Shown here one piece after another: positions 30,036 through 40,603 of a stretch of DNA of 49,677 bases. The stretch lies in contig JBHLPW010000042.1 of the NCBI GenBank assembly GCA_048939015.1, positions 1-49,677 on the forward strand, given 5' to 3'. The DNA is from Promethearchaeota archaeon. GTDB taxonomy: Archaea; Asgardarchaeota; Lokiarchaeia; Sigyniarchaeales; SOKP01. Position 1 is the first letter of the stretch; every line of letters begins with the position of its first letter. A program made the translations under genes and the position numbers. The notes below the pieces were generated by a model. That model was not told the origin of the DNA and did not search any database. It worked only from the letters and a program-made list of their open reading frames with translations.

Positions 30036-30257
30036 CTTCTATCACCTTATCACTAGTATTTTTAACTTATTCTTTTTTTTTAAGTCAGGTTCTTTTGTTT
30101 TCCTTATTACAGTATATCTTAGGTTAATTACCTATAGATAACTAATAGAAAACTAATTTTCAATTAGATTTTAATGTTATGCAATTTCAAATTTAGATTT
30201 GGAATATGCCGAATAAAAAATTTATGAAAAATATGAAATTGACGGATAGAAGATCTA

Positions 30258-31034
30258 TTAATAAAATTTCTTTCTGAATTCATTGATATACTTTTCTTTA
30301 TCCTTATACTCATACCAAGCTGAACCAAATTTCTCTAATTCATAAGCTTCATTATATGACTTATCAGCTAGATGATTGCTACATAGTTTAATTGCATTTA
30401 AGACAGTTTGATTCTTAGTGAATAGAAATTTTGCTTTCCCCAATGCGACTTCCATTAATTCTTCTTGATTCTCTACAAGGTGATCTACTAAACCAATTTC
30501 TAATGCTTTTTCAGCACTCACTTTCTCTGCAAACATTAAAATTTTCTTTGTCCAAGGAATTCCAATGACCCTTGACATCAGTAAAATAATACCCGTGCCA
30601 GGAAAAACACCTATGTTTATCTCTGGCATCCTAAAATAGCAATTTTTTACAGCAATCCTATAATCAGAAGATATTGCATATGCTACACCATCACCCATTG
30701 CTTTACCATTGATTGCACATATCGTAGGTTTTCCATAATAGATCATATCCTGGATAGATGCTGCTGTATCTTCGTATTCCTTTACAGTTTTATGATCACT
30801 ACCATCTATCTCATCGATATCCATTCCTGTAGTAAAGGAAGATCCATTTCCAGTTAAAATAATTCCTCTAATTTTTTCTGAACTTTGGCAAAAATGTAAA
30901 GCGCTTTTAAGATCCATCGCCATTTCGATAGTTATTGCATTTCCTCTATGTATTCTGTTCAATTTTATAATTCCAAACTTTTTTTTAATTGAAAATTCAA
31001 TAGACTTTCCGAACTTTGTATTCTCTGACGAAAT
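30258..31034 (-). CDS. Enoyl-CoA hydratase/isomerase family protein (copy 2); start extended to ATT 31034
   Basis: Motifs FTTGMD, KPTICAING and MPEINIG. The extended N-terminus aligns with the upstream paralog and gives the same length, 258 aa. Confidence 0.88.
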   Translation of the reverse strand: MSSENTKFGKSIEFSIKKKFGIIKLNRIHRGNAITIEMAMDLKSALHFCQSSEKIRGIILTGNGSSFTTGMDIDEIDGSDHKTVKEYEDTAASIQDMIYYGKPTICAINGKAMGDGVAYAISSDYRIAVKNCYFRMPEINIGVFPGTGIILLMSRVIGIPWTKKILMFAEKVSAEKALEIGLVDHLVENQEELMEVALGKAKFLFTKNQTVLNAIKLCSNHLADKSYNEAYELEKFGSAWYEYKDKEKYINEFRKKFY

Positions 31035-31054
31035 ATTTTACCAGCTCAAATTGT

Positions 31055-31831
31055 TTATTCAAATTTCTTTCTAAAATCTATTATATATTGTTTTTTGTCT
31101 TCAAATTGATACCATGATGATCCTATTTTTTCTAATTCATATGCATCATAATAAGATTTATCTGCTAAATGATTAGCGCATAATTTTATAGCATTTAAAA
31201 CAGTTTGATTTTTAGTAAATAGGAACTTGGCTTTATCTAATGCAAATTTCATTAATTCATCTTTTGTCTTTACAATCTGATCTATTAAACCGATTTGTAA
31301 TGCTTTTTGAGCATTGATTTTCTCAGCAAACATGCAAAGTTTTTTTGTCCAAGGAATCCCGATTAATCTAGAAAATAGCACTAGACAGCCAGTACCAGTA
31401 AAGATTCCAGAAAAAATTTCAGGCATTTGAAAAAAACTATCCACAGAAGCAATACGATAATCACAACATGCTAAAAAAACAACCCCTTCACCCATAGTTC
31501 TTCCATTAACAGCACAAATCGCAGGTTTTCCATTATAAATCAATTTACAAATAGCAGCAGCAGTACCTTCCAAATATTCTACTGATTCATGATCACTTCC
31601 ATCAATAGCTCCTAAATCTACACCAGTGCTAAATGAATTACCATTATTAGTTAATATTAATCCTCGAATTTTTTCCTCATTTTGGCAATATTGGACTGCT
31701 TTTTTTAAATTTTCAAATTGCTTAATGTCAAACGCATTCGATCTATGAACTCTATTGAGAGTAATAATTCCAAATTTCTTTTTTACTGTGAAATCAATAT
31801 ATTCTCCAAATTGCATATTATTCGAAGACAT
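31055..31831 (-). CDS. Enoyl-CoA hydratase/isomerase family protein (copy 1)
   Basis: Motifs FSTGVD, KPAICAVNG, MPEIFSG and ALQIGLID. Confidence 0.9.
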   Translation of the reverse strand: MSSNNMQFGEYIDFTVKKKFGIITLNRVHRSNAFDIKQFENLKKAVQYCQNEEKIRGLILTNNGNSFSTGVDLGAIDGSDHESVEYLEGTAAAICKLIYNGKPAICAVNGRTMGEGVVFLACCDYRIASVDSFFQMPEIFSGIFTGTGCLVLFSRLIGIPWTKKLCMFAEKINAQKALQIGLIDQIVKTKDELMKFALDKAKFLFTKNQTVLNAIKLCANHLADKSYYDAYELEKIGSSWYQFEDKKQYIIDFRKKFE

Positions 31832-31943
31832 AATTTACTTTAATTTTCAATTAATAAAAAACAATAATAAATTGGTTTATTATAAATGATTTATAAAGAA
31901 ATTAAAGTTAATAGAAAGCATAAAAACTTTTAGTTAATCATAA

Positions 31944-34019
31944 ATGCCCGTTGATATTACCGATTTTATAGAGGAAAAATCTGAGATACTAAGGAAAAAA
32001 GATTTAAAAAAATACACAAACTTAAAACAGGTATTTAAATCAATAAATCAACATCTCTATGGAAAATTAAAGTACACCGATACAGATACTAGGACACGTT
32101 CGAAAGAAATCGTTAATCTTTTGTTATGTAAACTAGTTGATGAAAAATTTAAAAAACCCGAAGAGAAAGTAGAATTTTGTATAAAACTTGGAGAATCCAA
32201 AAAAGATTTACTTAGACGCATTAGAACTTTGTTCAATGAAAATGTAAGGGATAAATTTAAGAATGTAATGAATGCCAATGAACAAATAACATTAACAGAA
32301 GAACTTGTTTATTTAGTCGTCGAAGAATTACAGGAGATTTCATTACTTGAGTCATCTAAAGATATTTTTAGTGATGCTTTTGAAATTTTTGTTAGCAAAA
32401 TTTTAAAAGACGAAGGTGGACAGTTCTTTACTCCTCCCAATATTATAGAATTTATGGTTAACTATCTCAATCCTAATACTAATTCAAAAGTATTAGATCC
32501 TGCTTGTGGCCATGGCGGATTTCTCCTTGAAACAAAAAATCTTTTATGGTCAAAAATAGAATCCAATGAAAGCAGAATTAAATCAATATCTAATTTATTT
32601 GGTATTGATAAGGATTTATTCTTAGCTAAAATTAGTAAGCTATACTTGGAAATATTAAGTAATGGAAATTCTAATATTTTTTGCGAAGATTCATTGGATC
32701 CAGAGAGTTATAGATCTCCCGCAAAACAATTGATTAAAAATGATGAATTTGATTATATTTTAACTAATCCTCCATTTGGAGCTAAGATCCCTATAAGCGA
32801 TAAAAAAATTTTAAAAAAATATGAATTAGCACATGTTTGGAAAAACGTCAATAGTAAATGGGAAGTACAAGATAAGTTAGTAAAACAACAATCTCCTCAA
32901 GTTTTATTTATTGAAAGATGTGTTCAATTACTCAAAAATGGTGGAAAACTTGGTATTGTTTTACCAGAGGGAATATTTGGAAATGTGACAGATCACTATA
33001 TCTGGGAATACTTAATTTTGAAAGGTAAAATTTTAGGGATTATTTCTCTAGATCAAAATACATTTCAACCTTATACCTGTAACAAAACAAGTATTTTGTT
33101 TTTTCAAAAATTAAATAATACTCCAGAAAATTATATGATTGACTTTGCGATTGTAGAAAATGTTGGACACGATAAAGATGGAAAAGTTTTATATAAATTG
33201 AATAAAGATGGAAGTAAAAAATTTGATAATAGCGGAAATTTAATAGTTAATGATGATCTCAGAGATTTAAATATAAAAATAGAAGCGTCTGAGGAATTTA
33301 ATTATTTAAAAGAGCAAAAAATCTTTAAGATGAAATTTAATCAAATTAAGAATAAAATTTTCATCCCACTCTATTATGCTGGTGTAGAAAAAACTTTGAA
33401 AAAACTTTCAGATGATAATAATTTCATACTTCTAACTATAAAGGATCTAATAGAAAATAATATCATCTTTTCAAACAAAGGTGGTTATCTCCCACGAGGA
33501 GATGAAGTAGGATCTCATGTATATGGTTTAGGGGATATCCCATTTATTAGGACAAGTGAAATAAATAACTGGGAAATAAATCTGGATTCATATAAGAAGA
33601 CAAGTATGGAAGTGTATGAACAATATAAAAAAAAACAAAATATTGAAGTTGGAGATATTCTTTTGGTAAAGGATGGTGGTCCTAATTTAATAGGAAAAAC
33701 TGCTTATATCACAGAACTTGATACAAAGATAATCATCCAAAGTCATATTTTCCAAATAAAAATATTAGAAAATGAGAAGAATATTGATTCTTTCCTACTT
33801 TTATATTTACTTAATTTAGACGTTGTACAAAAGCAGATTCAAGCAATTACTTTTGTTCAAGGCACAATTGCTACAATTGGAAATCGTATTATGGAAATTG
33901 TATTACCATTTCCTTCTGATAATAAAAAAAGAGAGGAAATTTCAATTTATATTAAGAAAATAATAAAAGATAAAACTGAAATCAGAAAAAGAATAAATAG
34001 ATTATCAATAGACATATAA
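31944..34019 (+). CDS. N6-adenine DNA methyltransferase (HsdM-like) fused to one HsdS-like target recognition domain
   Basis: Motifs GQFFTP, LDPACGHGGF, LTNPPFG and GIVLPEG; C-terminal IPFIRTSEI..GDILLVKDG..IGK..IVLPFP. Confidence 0.88.
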   Translation: MPVDITDFIEEKSEILRKKDLKKYTNLKQVFKSINQHLYGKLKYTDTDTRTRSKEIVNLLLCKLVDEKFKKPEEKVEFCIKLGESKKDLLRRIRTLFNENVRDKFKNVMNANEQITLTEELVYLVVEELQEISLLESSKDIFSDAFEIFVSKILKDEGGQFFTPPNIIEFMVNYLNPNTNSKVLDPACGHGGFLLETKNLLWSKIESNESRIKSISNLFGIDKDLFLAKISKLYLEILSNGNSNIFCEDSLDPESYRSPAKQLIKNDEFDYILTNPPFGAKIPISDKKILKKYELAHVWKNVNSKWEVQDKLVKQQSPQVLFIERCVQLLKNGGKLGIVLPEGIFGNVTDHYIWEYLILKGKILGIISLDQNTFQPYTCNKTSILFFQKLNNTPENYMIDFAIVENVGHDKDGKVLYKLNKDGSKKFDNSGNLIVNDDLRDLNIKIEASEEFNYLKEQKIFKMKFNQIKNKIFIPLYYAGVEKTLKKLSDDNNFILLTIKDLIENNIIFSNKGGYLPRGDEVGSHVYGLGDIPFIRTSEINNWEINLDSYKKTSMEVYEQYKKKQNIEVGDILLVKDGGPNLIGKTAYITELDTKIIIQSHIFQIKILENEKNIDSFLLLYLLNLDVVQKQIQAITFVQGTIATIGNRIMEIVLPFPSDNKKREEISIYIKKIIKDKTEIRKRINRLSIDI

Positions 34020-34053
34020 TAAATCAATTGATCAATCTAATTATAGAAATCTA

Positions 34054-35730
34054 TTAATTTTTATTTTCAAGTTGTTTGATTCGTTCTTCTAAGGCATCCA
34101 TTTTTCTTTTAATATCACTTAGACTTTCATCTAACATTAACCGAAATCGTTCATATATGTCTATAATGCCTAATCGACGTTCCTCTTTTTCCATTAGGTT
34201 TATTTCCCGTTTGAAATTTTCTATGTACTTGTATACATCAGAGCAAAATTGGTTGAAGTTATCAATATCATATTCTAATCCTAATTCCCGAGAGAGGTTT
34301 ATCTCCGCCAAATCTGACCAGTCTATATCTTTACCTTTTAGGGGAATGACCGGAATAGAGAATTTATCTGCGAGCTGCAGTTCATTGGCACAATCTACGG
34401 AATTAAAAACTGATTTATTAGTTCCAATAAATAAAATTAGTTGACACTTTTGTACAGCATTTAGCATCCATTCATCAATATTACCAGCAAGATCTGACTC
34501 ACAAAAATATACTTGAGATATTTCCTTTTGCTTTTCCAAGTAATTCACAAGTTCTTCTATGCGATAAGGCTCAAAATCGATAACAGCATGAGATATAAAA
34601 ACTACAATTGTAGCTTTCACTCTAAGGTATTCTCTAATTAAATCTGGAACTTTCTGTGAAATAACTATCTCTTCAGGATTAAGAGGATTGTTGGATAAAT
34701 CTAAATCAGTAAGCTCTTTAAGTGCCCATAGCTGTGTAGGGATCTCACTAAATTGGTTATTATTAAGATTAAGATTATTAATCGATGTTAAATTAACAAA
34801 AGATTCTGGTAAAGTGGTTAATCCATTACTAGATAAATCGAGGATCTCTAAGTCCTTTAATTCTCCAAAAGACTCGGGTAACTTTTCGATTCGATTACGT
34901 GAAATGATCAAGGATTTTAGATTATTAAAAATTCCAAAATTTTCTGGTAAGGAATTTATGCCATACCCAACGAATTTCCACTCCGTGACTTTACCATCCT
35001 CTACATTTATAGCGAATTTAGATATTCTACGCTTTTTCCTTTCATCTTCAATGGTATCCTTTTCAATTTCACGTATGATCTCAATCTTTTCTTTAGGGAG
35101 TTCATGTGTTGCTTGAAACTGAAGTATAGTCGGTGCAAGTATACTACCTCCTCTTTTAACTACCCTATTTAATACATTGAGACTTACATCATTCCATTCG
35201 AGATCATTAAAAACCACATCTAAAAATTTTAGATTTTCTAAATTTCCTAGCCAATCTGGTAAAAATGTTAAATTATTTTTTTGCATATTAAGATGAGATA
35301 AATTGTTAAGTTCTTTCATCCATTCGGGGATAGATGCTATATTATTATTTTCTAGATTAAGACGACTCAAATTCTTAAGTTCTCCCATCCATTCAGGTAA
35401 TGATTTTAATTGGTTGCCTGATAGGTTTAATGATTCTAAATCTTTGAAATTTCTAATAAAATCTGGAACTTTATCAATGGCTTTATATTTGAGACTTAAA
35501 CCCTTTAATGATTTAAGATTGCTTATAGAGTCGTAAACTTTTTGTAGATCTTTCTCAGATAAATCTAAATAATAGAAATTAATACCTATATATATTATAT
35601 TATCTCCTTGAAGATAGTAAGCAAATTCAGCATTATCTAAATTACTTTCATAAAAATCGTCATGAATTTTTTTTAATTCCTTTCCTGTAAGTTTTGAGAT
35701 TTCTTTAATTGTTCTTAGATCATCACTCAT
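34054..35730 (-). CDS. Leucine-rich repeat protein with C-terminal TIR domain and coiled-coil tail
   Basis: LxxLxLxxNxLxxLP repeats in two blocks; TIR box VFISHA and SVFNSVDCANELQLA..IPVIPL. Confidence 0.88.
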   Translation of the reverse strand: MSDDLRTIKEISKLTGKELKKIHDDFYESNLDNAEFAYYLQGDNIIYIGINFYYLDLSEKDLQKVYDSISNLKSLKGLSLKYKAIDKVPDFIRNFKDLESLNLSGNQLKSLPEWMGELKNLSRLNLENNNIASIPEWMKELNNLSHLNMQKNNLTFLPDWLGNLENLKFLDVVFNDLEWNDVSLNVLNRVVKRGGSILAPTILQFQATHELPKEKIEIIREIEKDTIEDERKKRRISKFAINVEDGKVTEWKFVGYGINSLPENFGIFNNLKSLIISRNRIEKLPESFGELKDLEILDLSSNGLTTLPESFVNLTSINNLNLNNNQFSEIPTQLWALKELTDLDLSNNPLNPEEIVISQKVPDLIREYLRVKATIVVFISHAVIDFEPYRIEELVNYLEKQKEISQVYFCESDLAGNIDEWMLNAVQKCQLILFIGTNKSVFNSVDCANELQLADKFSIPVIPLKGKDIDWSDLAEINLSRELGLEYDIDNFNQFCSDVYKYIENFKREINLMEKEERRLGIIDIYERFRLMLDESLSDIKRKMDALEERIKQLENKN

Positions 35731-35928
35731 TTAATTCACCGTTTTTTGTTTAAAAAGTTTAATATATTCTAAGATTATTCAAGAAAGTAATAAAGGCTGA
35801 TTTTTATTTTTTTCGGATAATTCTTTAATTTTAACTAAATTTATTGTGAAAAATCTTCTCTAAAATGTTTTAAATCTTAAATTTAATATGATAAATTAAC
35901 TGAAAATTAATACTTAATATTATTCAAA

Positions 35929-36366
35929 ATGAAGATTGAAAAATTTTCTATAGATTATTATGAGGAAATTGTTGCACTCTGGAGAAAAGCAGGAATAAAT
36001 GTAGGTTCTTCTGACACATTAGAAGAAATAGAAAAAATAGTCCGACAAAATCCAGATATTTTCTTAATCGGAAAGATTAAAAATAAAATTATTAGTGTTG
36101 TAATCGGAGGATTCGATGGGAGGAGAGGTTATGTCCACCATCTGGCTGTGGATCCAGATTATCAACAAAAAGGATACGGTAAAATGATAATGGATGAATT
36201 AATGGAGAAATTTCGTAAAATGGGTGTACATAAAATCCATCTATTTATTGAAAAATATAATAAAAAAGTTGTTAATTTTTACCAGAATTTAGGTTGGGAA
36301 ATTCGAGACGATTTAATCATGATGAGTTATATTCCAGATAAAGATTTATACAAAATGCGAATTTAG
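35929..36366 (+). CDS. GNAT acetyltransferase (YpeA-like)
   Basis: Motifs GGFDGRRGYVHHLAVDPDYQQKGYG and NFYQNLGW. Confidence 0.9.
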   Translation: MKIEKFSIDYYEEIVALWRKAGINVGSSDTLEEIEKIVRQNPDIFLIGKIKNKIISVVIGGFDGRRGYVHHLAVDPDYQQKGYGKMIMDELMEKFRKMGVHKIHLFIEKYNKKVVNFYQNLGWEIRDDLIMMSYIPDKDLYKMRI

Positions 36367-36488
36367 GAATAAAGCATCTGTATTTAATATATAATATTGG
36401 ATTTTTCTGATATTGTTTTATTAAAAATTTTAAATAATATCGAAATGAATAATAATACATATTTCTATTAAATCAATTTTGAAAAAAA

Positions 36489-38282
36489 ATGAGTAATGAA
36501 GATTTAATCGAATTTTATGGAATAAATAAAAATTGGCCTGAAGAAGTACCCCGAAATGTTGACTATGATATAGCTCCTTTAGGAGAACTTTTAAGTAGAA
36601 CCGCTATGCAATACCCTGATTCTCAAGCAATATATTTTGAAGGTTTTCGAATGACTTATTTAGAATTAGACACACTTGTTGATCAATTTGCAACAAGTTT
36701 AGCTAAATTGGGAATAAAAAAAGGAGACGTTGTATGCATCGACTTACCAAATGTACCGCAATATGTAATTGCACATTGGGCTACAGTTAGAATTGGAGCA
36801 GTGTCTAATCCTATACTTCCTGTTAACAGGTTTGTTGAAATTGTCCATCAAGTCAACGATTCAAAAGCAAAACTCTTGGTAATTTTAGATTTTTTGTATG
36901 AAGAATATCTACTTGGAAAAGATCTGAGTAAAATACCTACACTTGAAAATATAATTCTAACAGGAACAGCAGAATATTTACCATCATTAAAAGCTAAACT
37001 TGGATCGGCTCTTGGGAAAATCCCACGAATGAAAGAATGGCCTGAAAAAATAAGTAATATTATTTTCCATAAATTTCAAGAAGTTTTAAAGAACGGTCTT
37101 CCAATTAATGTCCCAAAAGTTGATATAGATCTTGAAAAAGATATATCAGTTTTAATATATACAGGTGGAACTACTGGTGTACCAAAAGGAGTAATGACAT
37201 CTCACCATTCAATGGTTATTAACGCGCTCCAAACGGATATATGGGCGACAAATCAATTGCCAGAAATGAAGAATTTGAAAGGTAAGGGCGGTATGCTTAT
37301 AGTTGTCCCACTAGCACATTCATTTGGTAATATAGGAATGACAGTCTCTGTTTTAGAAGGATGGAAAATGATCTTACTTCCCCGACCCCCAGAAAAAATA
37401 TCAAAAATCTTAAATTATATAAGTAAAGAAAAAGCAACTTATATGCCAGGAGTTCCTACTCTTTACATTAAAATTAATCAGGATCCCGACTCTAAAAAAT
37501 ATAAAGGGAAATTAGATTCACTTATTGCTTGTATCTCTGCAGCGAGTGCTTTACCTGAAGAGGTGAAGAGGGAATTTGAAGAAATTACCGGAGCTAGTAT
37601 TGTTGAGGGGTATGGGATGTCAGAATTCTCTCCAGTTGTGGCTCTAAATCCTTTCAAAAAAGAGCTTCAAAAAACAAATACAGTTGGATTTCCAATATCA
37701 GATACTTATGTGAAGATTGTTGATGCAGATGAAGGTGTAAAAATGTTACCACGATGTCCTAATGAAAGTTGTGAAAATTGTGGTTCTGATGAATTTCAAT
37801 ATATTGGTGAAATATGTAGTACTGGTCCTCAAATTATGCTGGGATATTTAGGACGGAAAGAAGATTCAGAATATGCATTAAAAAAAGATTCAAAGGGGAC
37901 AATATGGTATTATACAGCGGATATTGGGTGTATAGATAAAGACGGTTATCTCCGTATTAAAGACCGAAAACGTGATATGATCAAATACAAAGGACATGGT
38001 GTGTTTCCAAGAGAAGTCGAGGATCTCATGTACATGCACGAGGCTATTAATGAAGTAGGAGTCATTGGAGTATCTGATCCTGAAACAGGGCAAAATATCA
38101 AAGCTTTTGTTTCATTAAAGCCAGAATATCAAGGTAAAATAAATGAACAAGATTTAATGACATGGTGTAAGGAGAATATTTCCCCATTTAAATATCCTAG
38201 AATTGTTGAGATAGTTCCAGAATTACCGAAATCAGTAATTGGAAAAATTCTTAGAAGGGAATTACGAAAGCAAGATAATTAA
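36489..38282 (+). CDS. Long-chain fatty acid--CoA ligase
   Basis: AMP-binding YTGGTTGVPKG, EGYGMSE, TADIG, DRKRDMI and LPKSVIGKILRR. Confidence 0.92.
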   Translation: MSNEDLIEFYGINKNWPEEVPRNVDYDIAPLGELLSRTAMQYPDSQAIYFEGFRMTYLELDTLVDQFATSLAKLGIKKGDVVCIDLPNVPQYVIAHWATVRIGAVSNPILPVNRFVEIVHQVNDSKAKLLVILDFLYEEYLLGKDLSKIPTLENIILTGTAEYLPSLKAKLGSALGKIPRMKEWPEKISNIIFHKFQEVLKNGLPINVPKVDIDLEKDISVLIYTGGTTGVPKGVMTSHHSMVINALQTDIWATNQLPEMKNLKGKGGMLIVVPLAHSFGNIGMTVSVLEGWKMILLPRPPEKISKILNYISKEKATYMPGVPTLYIKINQDPDSKKYKGKLDSLIACISAASALPEEVKREFEEITGASIVEGYGMSEFSPVVALNPFKKELQKTNTVGFPISDTYVKIVDADEGVKMLPRCPNESCENCGSDEFQYIGEICSTGPQIMLGYLGRKEDSEYALKKDSKGTIWYYTADIGCIDKDGYLRIKDRKRDMIKYKGHGVFPREVEDLMYMHEAINEVGVIGVSDPETGQNIKAFVSLKPEYQGKINEQDLMTWCKENISPFKYPRIVEIVPELPKSVIGKILRRELRKQDN

Positions 38283-38370
38283 AGAATAATTTACATAACA
38301 CTCTTTCTTTTTAATTAAATCATATGAAAAAAATATTTTCATGATATCTTTGAACAAATTTAAAGTCAAA

Positions 38371-38634
38371 TTACTCAATTTTCATAGGTAATAATGTGAT
38401 TGCCTGGTTGGGACACCTATGAAGACATACTGAGCATCCACCACAAGACCTATTAGATGAGATTGTAATTGCCTTTCCATGTTCTCCAAAAATTCTTAAA
38501 TTCAAAGGACAAAAGGTCACACAAGTTCCACAAGATTTACATTTTTCTAATATTGTAACTGCTTTATACTTTATTTCCATTAATTCCTCTATTTTTTTCT
38601 GTAATTTCTTTGATGCTGAATCCATATGTTTCAT
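38371..38634 (-). CDS. 2x[4Fe-4S] ferredoxin
   Basis: Motifs CKSCGTCVTFCP and CGGCSVCLHRCP. Confidence 0.88.
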   Translation of the reverse strand: MKHMDSASKKLQKKIEELMEIKYKAVTILEKCKSCGTCVTFCPLNLRIFGEHGKAITISSNRSCGGCSVCLHRCPNQAITLLPMKIE

Positions 38635-38721
38635 TTTCTACTAAATATAAAAGTATAAAGCTTAGAAAAATTAGGATATATAAAAAAAAGGAGGGATATT
38701 AATAAAGAATTCTTATATTTT

Positions 38722-39744
38722 TCATGAGATCCTAGAACATAGATCTTTTAATATCTTCTCAGCTTGATGAGTAAAACTTGAAATGATATCATCCACACCT
38801 AAGATAGAATCTATTAATCCACATGTTTGTCCTACTGGTATCGCTCCATTTTCAACATCACCTTCTGTATATACAATCTCATAAGCATGCAAATCTTTAA
38901 GATATTCATCCATTTCATATGCTAATTCTTGCTTAATTTTATCCTCTTTTGCTAAAACTTCACCATGTTCTAAGCAATATTTATTTTTTAGTAATCGAAT
39001 TGGCCCAAATCCACCTGTTGTAAGCAATGTGTCTCTTGCTGTTGCAGGTGGAATAAGATTTTTATAATTTTCATGAAATTCACTTTCTTTTGAAGCAATA
39101 AATCGAGTACCCATAGCAACAGCATCAGCACCCATCGCTAATCCTGCAGCGATTCCTTCAGGACTCGCAAACCCTCCACAAGCAACTAACAGTTTATCAG
39201 GATATTTTTGAGCCGCTTGTTGCACTAGTACTAATGTAGAAATTCCTTCATAACTCTGATGTCCTCCTCCTTCTGTACCAGTTGCTACTGTTCCGTCACA
39301 ACCTGATTCAATTATTTTATCTATTAACCATAATGCTGGTCCAACATGGAAATGATACATATCAGAAGCTTTTTCTTTCCATAATTTTCCAGCAACACGA
39401 GGACTTCCCGCACTAGTTAAACCATATATTAATTGTTCTCTAAGTTTTTGATTTTCCTTCCGCCATTGTGGTATTTTTCTTAAAAGGACTCGGTGATCTG
39501 TTTGTATACGAGCAGTTCTTACATTAAACCCAAAAGGTTTATCTGTATGTTCTATTACATAATCTAATTGATCCTTAAAGTCTTTTATTGAATTTCTTCC
39601 TCTTAGTGTAGCATGACTCACTACACCTAACCCTCCAGCTTCAGAAACAGCAACAGCTAATTCAGTTGTATAAAAAGGGCCCATTGGTGCACTAATAATA
39701 GGATATTTAATGCCAAATTTTTCAGTTATTCTTGTTTTAATCAC
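38722..39744 (-). CDS. Nitronate monooxygenase/FabK-like flavoprotein
   Basis: Motifs YPIISAPMG, VSEAGGLG, EGGGH, ACGG and MGTRFIASKES. Confidence 0.88.
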   Translation of the reverse strand: MIKTRITEKFGIKYPIISAPMGPFYTTELAVAVSEAGGLGVVSHATLRGRNSIKDFKDQLDYVIEHTDKPFGFNVRTARIQTDHRVLLRKIPQWRKENQKLREQLIYGLTSAGSPRVAGKLWKEKASDMYHFHVGPALWLIDKIIESGCDGTVATGTEGGGHQSYEGISTLVLVQQAAQKYPDKLLVACGGFASPEGIAAGLAMGADAVAMGTRFIASKESEFHENYKNLIPPATARDTLLTTGGFGPIRLLKNKYCLEHGEVLAKEDKIKQELAYEMDEYLKDLHAYEIVYTEGDVENGAIPVGQTCGLIDSILGVDDIISSFTHQAEKILKDLCSRIS

Positions 39745-39889
39745 TTTTTATTTCACTCTAAAAACTAAAATTATGATAGTTTATTTTTGCTTTTTAGAAG
39801 TAAAAAAGTTATCTAAATTGGATTAGTCTATTGATTGAATTTATATAGCATTATAAAAAATATAAATAAAATAAATAAAAATGGATGGA

Positions 39890-40603
39890 CTAGAATTTAT
39901 AGCCACATTTTTTACAAACATTAATTTTAGCATAAAGAGGAGTATGACCAATATACCCAAGCACTTTACTTTTATCCTCTTCAACCTTTAAATCCTTTCC
40001 TTTAGCACCACAATTAAGACAAACTAAGCGTTCTTCACTCGTGTAAACAGTTGGTTCAGCTGGTTTTAATTCCGATAACTCAGTTTCAACTTTTTCTAAT
40101 TTATTTTTTTGCTCATTGTAAGCTTTTTCTTTTTCATTAAGATTTTCAGTTAATTCATTTATTTTGGCTTCCTTTTCCTCGAGCAAATTTTTAAACTCTT
40201 CCTTACTTTTAGTTAATTCTGCAAGTTTTGGCTTTAAATCATCCAATTCAGCACCTTTAGCTTTAAGATCATCAAAATCAGTTAAATTTGATTTAATTTC
40301 ATCCAATTCTTTTTGTAATTTATCTAATTGATCATCCTTTATAGAAACAGTTTTTTTTAAGTCATAAATATCAAGATTTAATTTATCCAATTCTGTTGTC
40401 TTACCTTCCAATTCAGATAATTTATCTTTAGCTTCCTCCAATTTAGAATTTAAATCATCCTTAGAATTTGCTATAGATGCAATTTCTTCATCTTTTTTTG
40501 TTAAAATATCTTTAAGTTCACCAATCTCCGCTTCATACATATCAATCTTGTGTTGAAGCGCTTTAACAACTTTATCATCTAAATTTGAGGTAAGATCCTT
40601 CAT
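39890..40603 (-). CDS. Coiled-coil protein with C-terminal zinc ribbon
   Basis: About 175 aa of heptad repeats, then CLNCG..CKKCGYKF. Confidence 0.8.
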   Translation of the reverse strand: MKDLTSNLDDKVVKALQHKIDMYEAEIGELKDILTKKDEEIASIANSKDDLNSKLEEAKDKLSELEGKTTELDKLNLDIYDLKKTVSIKDDQLDKLQKELDEIKSNLTDFDDLKAKGAELDDLKPKLAELTKSKEEFKNLLEEKEAKINELTENLNEKEKAYNEQKNKLEKVETELSELKPAEPTVYTSEERLVCLNCGAKGKDLKVEEDKSKVLGYIGHTPLYAKINVCKKCGYKF

